Under the pieces are notes generated by a model. It searched no databases. It worked only from the letters and a program-made list of their open reading frames with translations, and was not told the origin of the DNA. Positions 41,537 to 52,169 of a stretch of 64,000 nt of DNA are shown piece after piece. This stretch comes from Octopus bimaculoides. Its lineage: Eukaryota. Positions within the stretch are counted from its first letter, which is position 1; every line of letters begins with the position of its first letter. The DNA lies in contig NC_068991.1 in NCBI RefSeq assembly GCF_001194135.2, positions 17,238,444-17,302,443 on the forward strand, given 5' to 3'. The translations under genes were made by a program, and so were the position numbers.

Positions 41537-41937
41537 GTCTCTTAAAAAATATTGCTGTTACACTTGAAGAAGTAATTCCAAATAACCCTCTCTTTTGGCT
41601 CTGATAGGATTTATAGCAGAGCCTTCATATAATCATAATAAACTGAGACAAATATATATTTTCTGGCACTGCCGAAGCTATGCCAAACAGATCTCACTAG
41701 AGCTGGTGCCATGTAAAAAGCATTCATTCAACTGTGTAAAGTGAGTGGCATTCAGAAGGGCATTTAGGCCACGAAAACCATGTCAAAACAGATCTCGTCA
41801 ATACTAGTGTCACATAAAAAAACCCCATGCCAAAACAGACCGTAGAGCTTGGTGCATTCCTCTGGTTTACTAGCTCCTGTGAAACTGTCCAACCCAGGCT
41901 AGCATGGAAGATGGACGTTAAATGATGATGATGATGA

Positions 41938-41968
<31 letters not shown>

Positions 41969-42369
41969 GTGTATCATCGCCATTGTTAGTTGCATGGTGT
42001 AGATAAGACTTTGTTGAAAAAGAATTTTCTGTTGCTTTGATGTTCTTTCTGTTTCCAAGCAAGGTAATATTTCCCTTTGTCTATTGATATGCTTTCATTG
42101 AGGATTGTGAACAGATGACAGTTTGCACATGTCAGAATACACTTTGCTTGTGCGTACACATATACACAAACATGCATACTCATTATGGATTTCTTGCCAT
42201 TTTTGTCTACCAAATTAGTAGATGACACCAGCCAACAATTTACATGAAGTGGGAACAAACCTCATGTTATGTGGTTAAGAAGTTTACTTCCCAACTATAT
42301 AGTTTTGGATTCAGACCTGCCTCATGGCACTTTAAGCATTTGTCTTCTACTATAGCCCCAGGCCAGCCG

Positions 42370-42975
42370 TGGAAGAGGGAGACCCCAGAAAGACATGGGA
42401 TGAGGTGGTGAAGCACAACCTTCGAATGTTTGACCTCACAGAGGCAATGACAAGAGACCAAGATCACAGCCGTAGCCTATACCAGTGTTACATAACCAGC
42501 CCATTTAAAAGTACCCTTGAAACATCGGGTGATGTGCTGTGCTTGAGAAGATCTACTGAGTCAAGTAAAATCAAAATCGAAGCAAATCAAGATCGAAATC
42601 AAAATGGAAATTGTAGTTGTGGCTGATGCCAGTGCCACCTGACTGGCACCCGTGCTGGTGGCACATAAGCACCATTCAAGTGTGGGTTGATGCCAGTGCA
42701 GCCTGAGTGGCTCCCCATGCCAGTGGAACGTAAAAGGCACCATCTGAACATGGTCGGTGCCAGTTCTGCCTGACTGGCTCCCGTACCCATGGCATGTAAA
42801 AAGCACCCACTACACTCGGAGTCGTTGGCGTTAGGAAGGGCATCCAGCTGTAGAAACCTTGCCATCAGATTGGAGCCTGGCACAGCCTACTGGCTTGTCA
42901 GTCCTCAGTCAAACCATCCAACCCATGCCAGCATGGAAAGCGGATGTTAAACAACAACAATGATGATGATGAATG
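42370..42975 (+). mobile_element. RTE-clade LINE 3' end
   Basis: PRKTWDEVVKHNLRMFDLTEAMTRD, VNTR, gttggcgttaggaagggcatccagc block, (GAT)n tail. Confidence 0.82.
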
Positions 42976-43806
42976 TTCAACAGCTATATAAACTCACAGA
43001 CCTTCAACCTGTGACTAATGTTATTAAGTGCTGGCACTTGAAACTCTTGGACCTTGAGTCACTCTGTTACTTCTGCTAAATATAAATAGATATACATATA
43101 CTCATATTTTGAGTTCTATTTCTCCTGTTTGCATCAACATACGTTTATATATNNNNNNNNNNNNNNNNNNNNNNNNNNNNNNNNNNNNNNNNNNNNNNNN
43201 NNNNNNNNNNNNNNNNNNNNNNNNNNNNNNNNNNNNNNNNNNNNNNNNNNNNCCTTTCTGGCACTTGTGCCCGTGACATGTGTAAGGATTTTTGAGTGAG
43301 ATCGTTGCCAGTGCCCCTGGACTGGCTGTTGTGCGGGTGGCACATAAAATACACCATTTTGAGCGTGGCCGTTGCCAGTACCGCCTGACTGGCCTTCGTG
43401 CGGGTGACATGTAAAAGTACCCACTACACTCTCTGAGTGGTTGGCGTTAGGAAGGGCATCCAGCTGTAGAAACTCTGCCAAATCAGATTGGAGCTTGGTG
43501 TAGCCATCTGGTTCATCAGTCCTTAGTCAAATCATCCAACCCATGCTAGCATGGAAAGCGGACGTTAAACGATGATGATGATGATGATGATATATATATA
43601 TAAGCAAGGATGCTATTAAACCCATGCTATGGTTTCACATCAATATTGAAGAGAATGTCAGCAGTCTTCGGTGAAATGTGAAGGAGGATTGCCAACATCC
43701 AATCAGATTAACACCCACTTAACTATCAGCATGAAGCCATAGCACAGATTTAATGATATAGACACTATAATACAAATGTTTACCTGTGTGTTTTGTGTAC
43801 AGTATG

Positions 43807-43838
<32 letters not shown>

Positions 43839-45602
43839 TGTATGTATATGACTATGTGAGAGAGAATCCCCCCCTCTCTCTTTCTCTCCCTCTCTCACTC
43901 ACACACAATGTAATAACAGGTGCAGGCATGACTATGTGTACCCTTGGGTATCTTCTATAGCTTTGGGCAAACCAAAGTCATGTGATTGAATTTGGTAAAC
44001 AGAAACTAAAGGAAGCCTGTTGTGTGTGGATGTTTACATTTGGGTTCTTTGAGAGTTGTTTGCTGCAAGTGGTGGTGGTGTTGACGTCATCTCTCTTACC
44101 AGAGTGCTCACTCACTTTGTAGATGTGTGGCAGAAGAGATCCCTTATTTGAAAATCGGGTACAGGTTTAATAACAGGAAGGGCATCCAGCCATAGAAACC
44201 TTGCCAAAATTGAGACAGTGGAACATGATGTACTCCTTCAGCCAGTTGGAACCTGTCTAACTGTCCAGCCCATGCTAGAATGGAGAGCAGTTGTAAAAAT
44301 GATAATAATGCTGACAATCTCATTATATATATATATATATACATAAAAAGGTATAAGTGTGGTTGATTGGTATGCAGTTTGCTTCTCAACTGCTTGGTTT
44401 TGCTTCAATTTCACTGCCTGACACCTTAGGTAAGTATCTTCTACTAAAGCTCCAATCCAACTAAGGCCTTGTGAGTGGATTTGGTGGATAGAAACTGAAA
44501 TAAACCGATCATTTACATGTGTGTGTGTGTCTTACTGCTTCCTTGCCATCGTGTGATAATTGTAAATAAGTGTCATTGTAATATAAGCAGTGTTCTTCAT
44601 TTCCAGTATTCCATGAAAACATGGGGGGAAATGTTTGAGAGCTGGTTACTGGAAGCATATCCAAGCATAGAAAATCCACCTCAATAAATTTTTGTCTGAC
44701 GCAGGCAAGCATTAAAAAGTGGACATTAAAACAATGATGTTGTATTTTGATGGTAGTCTAGTGAATGTCTAATGATTTCTTATGTAAATATATGATTTCG
44801 AAGTTCATTGTTGTTTTACAGACCAACCTACTTGCTTTTTTTATTGACTGACTTCTTTTTGGTACCTACTTTTTGCATAGCTGCATTCTGGCTGTCTGGC
44901 CACTATGTAGCTGTGTATTCTGATAACCAGCCTGCTAACTGTTTTGATCACTATATTTTAGCTAACTGGACACTATATTTTGGTCTGCATACTTGACCAC
45001 TTTAGTTATTTCTGTACTGTCTGGTCTCCTCTATACTATAATGCAGTTGTCTGATAACCCTTTTTGCCTGCCTGCTCACTATAATTTGGCTTGCATTACT
45101 TGTCTCTCTCTAACAAGCATACTTTGTAGCGTTGAGTTCAACTCAGTTCCTCCTTTAAGCCTTGAGATGTCACTATAGTATGCAAAGCACATTCTTCCCA
45201 TGCACACACACACACACTGAATATCATTCAGGATCACTTTGTCATTGGATTCAGAATCTGATTCTATTTACGGGCTGTGTAGCATCCTGTTATGTGTAAT
45301 ACACACATGTGCAGGCGGACACTTCCACATGAATGCCTTCCTCAGTCACAATGGAATTCTGTTTTACTTTATTTCCTTTTTTCCTTTAAACTGTTTGTCT
45401 TTTGTTGACACTGTTGTTATTTAACACCAGGCTGGCCCTGATTCAGCAGACCCATGATCAAAGGCATTCCAATTATGGCCACTCCATCCTTTATTCAGAC
45501 ACATGTATCTAGGACTACATTTTCTAATATGTGTTTCCATTTTTGACCCTGGTGTGTAATTTGAAAGCATTAGTTGTTATTTGTAGCAGGTTGAACAGCA
45601 GC

Positions 45603-45830
45603 TTAACCCTTTAGTGTTCAGATTACTCTGTTAAATGTAATATTTTTTCACCCAAATTGTTTTGAATTAATCATGTATTACCTTATAGTTTTGAGATTTT
45701 AATTATGTGATAGTTTATTTTTAGAATGTCAGTGTAGGTTAGGTGTGAGAGGCTAGATATGGCCAATTTGAATATAAAACATGTAGACTATTTGGGCCGG
45801 ATATGGCTGGTTTAAACACTAAAGGGTTAA
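45603..45830. mobile_element. piggyBac-type MITE family A, ending about 97 bp upstream of exon B
   Basis: TTAA-CCCTTTAG...CTAAAGGG-TTAA. Confidence 0.8.
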
Positions 45831-45926
45831 ACTTCCCTTGGTTTGTTGTTGTTGTTGCTGCTGCTGATGTTATTATTGTTGTTGTTTTTTTCCATTGTCA
45901 CTCTGTTGTTTTCTCTGTATTTTCAG

Positions 45927-46056
45927 CTACAATGGTCACCTTGTAAATTATGAAAAGGGTAGAAAACGGAGCAAATTCATCTTGACCAAACGATCTGCAG
46001 CCAATGGAGTGAAGCCTTATAAGAAACATGTGGTCAAAAACCCTCAGAATTCCAAA
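45927..46056 (+). CDS. peli: Pellino exon B (130 nt; (G)YNGHLVNYEKGRKRSKFILTKRSAANGVKPYKKHVVKNPQNSK)
   Basis: Acceptor tttcAG at 45925-26, donor GTAATC at 46057; completes the GGC codon from exon A; aligns by eye to Pellino YNGSLPNGDRGRRKSRFALFKRPKANGVKP. Confidence 0.96.
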
Positions 46057-46064
46057 GTAATCAC

Positions 46065-46570
46065 AATTCTTTCTAGCAAGTTCTACATCTCTCTCTCTAG
46101 CATATTCTCTTCTCACCTCTCTCCTTTTCTAATTCTCTTAACATCTTTCTCTCTAGCACATTCTCTTATCATATCTCTCTCTCTCTCTAGCATGTTATCT
46201 TAACCCTCCTCCCTCTTGTACATTGTCTTACCACCCATCAGTCTAGCAGTTCTATTTTACCTCTTCACTGTACTTCATTCCTCCAGCAAGCTCTGTACAC
46301 GGTTACTCCAGCAATCTTCTCCCTCCCCATTTCTCTAGCAAACTCTCCTCTCTGTTCTACCAGCAAGCTCTCTGCATCATGTTCCTAGCACATTCTCCAA
46401 TTTATTTCACTTTTTTCTTACAAGGTCTTCTGAGCAAGCTCTCTATCCTGTTCATCCAGCAAGCTCTCCATCTCATTTCTCCACCCTGTTCACCAGCAAG
46501 CTTTCTACCCCATGTTCTTAGCACATCTAATTTATTTCCCTTCTTTCTAACAAGGTCTTGTGAGAACCAT
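46065..46570. repeat. Pyrimidine-rich degenerate repeat (ctctagca / ccagcaagctct motifs) after the exon B donor
   Basis: More than ten spaced (ct/cc)agca motifs in a C/T-rich background. Confidence 0.65.
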
Positions 46571-46682
46571 TAGAGTGTATTATGCAGTTTAACTTCTTAA
46601 TTAGCATGGTGCCTTTACTTTATCTGTCCTCCACACACACAACACAAACACCATATAAATTTCCCATTCTCTCCTGTCACAA

Positions 46683-46988
46683 TTCCCAGACCGGGCGTTG
46701 TGAGTGTTTATTGAGCGAAAACACCTAATGCTCCACTTGGCTCCGGCAGGGGATGGTGGCGAACCCTGCTGTACTCTTTCACCACAACTTTCTCTCACTC
46801 TTACTTCCTGTTTCTGTTGTGCCTGTAATTCAAAGGGTCAGCCTTGTCACACACCGAGAACTATGTTGAGGGTGCACGTGTCTGTGGAGTGCTCAGCCAC
46901 TTGCACGTTAATTTCACAAGCAGGCTGTTCTGTTGATCAGATCAACTGGAACCCTCAACGTCGTAAGCGATGGAGTGCCAACAACAAT
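46683..46988 (+). mobile_element. SINE-like interspersed repeat, head truncated, (AAC)n tail
   Basis: CpG-retaining 300-bp island starting attcccagaccgggcg (B-box remnant) and ending gagtgccaacaacaa. Recognised from memory as an octopus repeat; single copy here. Confidence 0.5.
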
Positions 46989-47506
46989 ATTTTGCGACTA
47001 ACATATTCTCCCTGGAGTTTCAGTTTGTATGGAATGATTTCCTTTCTGGAAAACTGTCCATTTCTATGCACTGTTAACCAGTGTTTACAGGAGTTCTGAC
47101 TGAGGAAGCTGCTCAGATTTTCCAAACCCATTTTAATCTGATGTGATGTGATGTGATGTGATGTGTGTGTGTGTTGTGTGGGCAGGGTATGTGTATATAG
47201 ATATGTATCTTTAGATGCATATATATGTATCTTTAGATGCATATATATGTATATGTACATATTTATGTGCATATGTGTGTGTGCATTTGTACTTTGAAAA
47301 TCACTGAGCTGCAAGTGGTGACATTGTTGTTATTTCTCCTGTCAGTTAATCATCTGCTGGCTTTCTGCCTTTGAAGGTATATGGAATAACAGACAGACCC
47401 TTTACTTGAAAAACAAGGAAGGGTTACTAACAGGAGTTTGCATCCAGATGTAAAAAAAATTCTTGAATAACATTCATTTCTTGGTCTTTTGTTTTTTTTT
47501 TCGCAG

Positions 47507-47608
47507 GCTGTCCAGGATTCGGCTTTACACTCTGTATCCTATACGATGTCAAGAAACCAGGCTGTGGTTGTCGAATATAAGTCTGATCCCGACACAGATA
47601 TGTTTCAG
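47507..47608 (+). CDS. peli: Pellino exon C (102 nt; AVQDSALHSVSYTMSRNQAVVVEYKSDPDTDMFQ)
   Basis: Acceptor ttttcgcAG, donor CAG|GTAAAC; matches Pellino HSISYTLSRAQTVVVEY...DTDMFQ. Not in the ORF track because it has no upstream start codon. Confidence 0.97.
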
Positions 47609-47916
47609 GTAAACAGCATATGAGATTTTCATCAATCTATTTTTTTTCATTGTTTTTTGGTTTTGATTATTTTTTTTTCCCCCAGATTTTCCAGTTTTCT
47701 TTTTTTATAACCACAGTTTGCTTTACGCATAAATAGGCACAGGCATGGCTGTGTGATTCAGAAGCTTGTTTCCCAACCATGTGGTTTCAGGTTCAATTTT
47801 GCTGTGTGGAACCATGAGCACTGTCTTCTTTTGTAGCCCCAAGCCAACTAAAGCCTTGTGAGTGGATTTGGTAGATGGTAACTGAAAGAAACCTATCATA
47901 TATATATATATATATA

Positions 47917-48207
47917 TATATTTAAGAATTTAAGGATTGGAGAAAACGCATGTTATAATTGCATACTTTATTCCTACATATGTTTCAAAGGATTATAACC
48001 TGTGTGATCCATAATCTATTGTTTTCATAATCGGTCATAATGTCTTACGTTTAAGATGATTCCCATGCTTTCCCTGATGAGAAGGTTACAATTTTAATAT
48101 CAAAGATCCCTATGGATCACACAGGTTGTAATCCTTTGAAACATATGTAGGAATAAAGTATGCAATTATAACATGCGTTTTCTCCAATCCTTAAATTCTT
48201 AAATATA
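47917..48207. mobile_element. Inverted-repeat element (97-bp arms, 97-bp spacer) in a (TA)n tract; resembles a Penelope-like inverted pseudo-LTR or retrozyme remnant
   Basis: Arms 47917-48013 and 48111-48207 are reverse complements with one difference; carries the hammerhead motif; sits in the (TA)n of a + strand SINE (47735-47900). The inverted repeat is seen directly; the family call is inference. Confidence 0.6.
48064..48162 (+). ncRNA. Type I hammerhead ribozyme candidate, sense in the Pellino intron after exon C
   Basis: Core CTGATGA (48074-80), GAAA (48138-41), stem III AC-atat-GT, triplet GTA (48147-49). Stem I ttcc/ggaa plus catgct/agtatg across a 3-nt bulge; stem II gaagg-ttacaa/ttgtaa-t-ccttt. 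Folded by eye. Confidence 0.7.
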
Positions 48208-48356
48208 CTCAAATACTCAAAATTTCAAGGAGTTCCTGCCTTAAAAACAGGAACTAAACCACAGTTATTTTGTGTTCTTTGCTACATTGGTTTCTATTAA
48301 CCCATTTATTCTATCAGAAGAATTTTATTCATTAAGATAGAAGAAATACACATAAT

Positions 48357-48408
<52 letters not shown>

Positions 48409-49399
48409 TTGTCATCATATGATGATTGTAAATGAGAATCACCATCATATGTGCAATGTTGTTTCTTTCCAGTCTCCCATGGTAAACATGCCTGGTTATA
48501 AAGAAATGCTATTTTGCTTGAAACAGGTGAGGGTTTGTGACAAGGAAGGGCACCCAGTCATAGAAAATCTGCCTCAACAAATTCCATCTGATCCATGCAA
48601 GCATGGAGAAATGGACATTAAACAATGATAATGATAAACATTCTCTCTCATACACACACACATATCATTTCACATTTGTTCAAGAGGTGGGTAGTTCATC
48701 TCTATTCTCTTTTTAGTGTAAAAGAAACAGAAAGTTGATAGATTGGCCGAATTGCCTAGTCATCTGTCCTATAATGGTTTTGGTTCATTTTTCTATACTA
48801 ACTGAGGATTATTCTGTTTGCCTTTATTTCAGTATTTGCCTGTGTTGGAACTATTGTTTGCTGTTCAGTGACATTCCTACAGCTGACTGCTCAACATTGA
48901 AGAATAAGATATATGTCTTACCCAGCAAGGCACACTTAGTAAAGTGGAATTCAGTCTTGGCAAAATTTAATGCATAGGAGTGGCCATGTTGTTGATTTAC
49001 TGAGAGGAGTGGAACATCGTGTATAAGATATCATCATTTAACATCCGTCTTCCATGCTAGCATCAGCAGTTGACTAGATTGACAAGGATCCAGTGAGTTG
49101 GAGGACTACACTGAGCTCCAGTGTCTGTTTTGGTATAGTTTCTATGGCTGATGCCTTTCCTAATACCAACCACTTTACAGAGTGTACTAGGCACCTTTTC
49201 TGATACCAGCACTAGTGAGGTCACTAAGAAACTTGCAAGACAAAGACCTCTCGACTGAATAGAGTTTTAGAAAAGAGGGAGGAGGGCTTTATGCCAGGTG
49301 TTGAACAGCTAAAGTATGTGAGAAATAGAGATCTCGCTATAGAGATATCTTACATTATATAAGGCTGGGTGTGAGTTACTGAAAAGAAGCCAGTGATGG

Positions 49400-49766
49400 T
49401 GGTGACAAAGTGTCAGAACATACCCTCAACATGCAAGAAGTTGATTATAAGAGAGAATGGGAACAGAATTGGGGAAGGGTGGATGCATAAGTTCATTAGC
49501 GTGTGAGAGAAGAGCAACAGATGGTTGTAGACGGATGTAGAAGTGAATGCAGTAAATGGAACAAGAGCAGAGGTATGGTCAGTAGTAAATATCAGTGTAA
49601 CGGGTGGTTGTGAAAGAAAGAGGAGTAGTTAAGGAAGCCGGGAGAAGAGCAGCCTGTTAAAACATGTAGGTAGATCAGAAAATATGGAGATGATGCACTG
49701 GGTGGGAAAGGGCAAGAGAGAGAAAGAGATGGATGTCAAAGATACATAGGCGTGGCCATAGAGACT

Positions 49767-49770
<4 letters not shown>
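49400..49770 (-). mobile_element. Possible highly decayed non-LTR retrotransposon endonuclease fragment
   Basis: Minus-strand DIHLFLSLALSHP and TDHTSAL weakly resemble the LDLFLT...SDH motifs. A similar weak LINE-like stretch lies at 55140-55500. Confidence 0.3.
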
Positions 49771-49814
<44 letters not shown>

Positions 49815-49815
<1 letters not shown>

Positions 49816-49993
49816 ACAAGTAGAAAGATAAATTTTTTCAACACATAAGTACTGTACAGTATACATAAAGGATAAAATCCTTTTAAGAGTAGAAAAATTT
49901 GCTGGCAAACTTTTCTGCTCTTAAAAGGATTTTATCCTTTATATATACTGTTCAGTATTTGCATGTTGGGAAAAATTTATCTTTCTACTTGTT
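49815..49993. repeat. Near-palindromic AT-rich element with about 87-bp arms and a tiny loop
   Basis: aacaagtagaaagataaatttt...tttg / caaa...aaaatttatctttctacttgtt; roughly 90% arm identity by eye; abuts (TA)n. Confidence 0.85.
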
Positions 49994-50047
49994 CTACAAT
50001 ACATTTCAACGCTTCAAAAACAAACTTATGTTTGTATACATTATGAT

Positions 50048-50078
<31 letters not shown>

Positions 50079-50399
50079 TCTCTGGATTTCTACCCATACT
50101 ACATGAGGCAGCAACTCTTCAATATGTTATCTTCTCAACCATCTTATTTCAAAGACTCTTGAATAAATTGCATTGAATATATATATATNNNNNNNNNNNN
50201 NNNNNNNNNNNNNNNNNNNNNNNNNNNNNNNNNNNNNNNNNNNNNNNNNNNNNNNNNNNNNNNNNNNNNNNNNNNNNTATATATATGCCACTGGTGGCAA
50301 GAAGGGGCATTGATCTGTAGAAAATCTACCTCAAACTCTGTCCAGTCCATGTAAGTATGCAAAAGTGGATGTTAAATTGTTGATGATGAAATAATATAT

Positions 50400-51110
50400 A
50401 TCATCATCATCATCATTTAGTGTCTGCTCTCCATGCTGGCATGGGTTAGACAATTTTAACTGGAGCTGGAGAGCTGCACCAGGTTCCAGTCTGATTTGGC
50501 ATGGTTTCTACAGCTGGATGCCTTTCTTAATGCCAACCACTCCAGGAGTGTAATGGGTGCTTTTACAAGCCACCAGCATGGATGCCATTTACATGACACC
50601 GGCAATGACCATGACTATGATTCACGGGTGGGTGCCGTTTATATGGCACGGGTACCATTTGCATAGCACTGACAGTGACTATGACTCATGAGTGCCATTT
50701 ACATGGTACCATGAACGACCACAACTATGATGCATGGGTGTCATTTACACAAGACTGGCAGCGAAGGACCACAACTACAATGCACGTGTGTTATGTACAT
50801 GGTATTGGCAGCGAATGACCATGATTACGATTCACAGATACCATTTACATGGCACCAACAACGACCAAGACTATAATGCACGGGTGTCATATACATGACA
50901 CCAACATGGCCACAACTACAATTTCACTTGGCCTGATGTGTCTTCTCAAGCACATATCACCAGAGCTCTCAGCCACTCCATGTCATCACTGCCATAAGAC
51001 CCAACATTCGAAGATCATGCTTCACCACCTCATCCTGTATCTTCCTGGGTCTACCTCTTCCACAGGTTCCCTCCACAGCACTTCTTTACACAGCTGTCCT
51101 CATCCATACA
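50400..51110 (-). mobile_element. RTE-clade LINE 3' end: RT C-terminus, VNTR-bearing 3' UTR, (GAT)n tail
   Basis: Minus strand GTCGRGRPRKIQDEVVKHDLRMLGL (GRPRKTW-type RTE C-terminus), variable repeats, then tail block ...agcatgg...atgatgatg. Confidence 0.8.
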
Positions 51111-51819
51111 CAGTGAATTATTACAAAACCTTTATGATTTTTTTATCCTGGTTATAGCATTTTCTGCAGTGTCCGTTATCCATGAAATGTTATTGCTCTA
51201 GGCCCTTGTGACAAACGATGAGTCCATAAACTCAGAAAAATAACTGAATTTTTCTTGAAAACAACAGTAATGACTCATATATCCTACATTTAGTTGAGTG
51301 GTTCAGTGAACATTTGTAATAGATTTCAAATTCTACATTTATACAAAGGCTTGCTACTCTCTCTCTCTCTTTTGTTTTCTTTCTGTTTATACAACTCTTC
51401 CAGGATATTCTTGTTGAATATCCTTCTCTCATCCGTTTCCTCTTTAACACAATACAAAAAAAAAACTCACTTATTTTCTTTACCTTTCTGAAGTGTTCCA
51501 ACTAATTTTGCTGTCAATAACTCAGCTGGTGATGATGATCAGGAATTGGACTTATTCTTGCTGCTGTTGCTGTTTATGTACGTCTTTTAATGTTTGGTTT
51601 TAAATTTCCAAGTTTACCATCATTACAATCACCTCTAACATCATGAGTATCTATTGTCATCAGATTGCTGCCATAGTTTAGACAAAGCAGTAAATATTTT
51701 GGAGTTGTGTCCCTGCTTCAGACCTCGCTTCTTTCCATGATACAGATTTTATGTTTTAAAGTGATTGAAATTAAAGCCTTCCATCAAATTTCATGCTGAT
51801 TTACATTTCAAACAATAGC

Positions 51820-52019
51820 TTAACCATTCAGCATTTAAATCGGCTATTTGTGGCCAAAATATTTTTCCTGTTTTATGTTCAAACTGACCAGATCCAGCCG
51901 CTCACACCTACCCTACAATGTTAGTCTAAAACATATACAGTCATACAATCGAAATCTCGAAACAATGTGGACAAATAAGTGTTATATTTGATACAATAAT
52001 CTGAATGCTAAAGGGTTAA
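51820..52019. mobile_element. piggyBac-type MITE family A nested in a family B MITE
   Basis: TTAA at both ends; flanks 51720-51819 and 52020-52180 resemble the reverse complement of family B. Confidence 0.7.
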
Positions 52020-52071
52020 TTGAACGGTAAAATTATTTTATGAAATTTCTGTAACATCTTCAAAATTAATT

Positions 52072-52169
52072 GGCAGCATGTTTCAACAGAAATATAAAGA
52101 AATATAAAGGCAGCATGTTTCAACAGAAATATAAAGAAATATAAAGGCAGCATGTTTCAACAGAAATAT
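52072..52169. repeat. 37-bp tandem repeat, about 2.6 copies
   Basis: ggcagcatgtttcaacagaaatataaagaaatataaa starts at 52072, 52109 and 52146; perfect copies inside a MITE. Confidence 0.92.
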
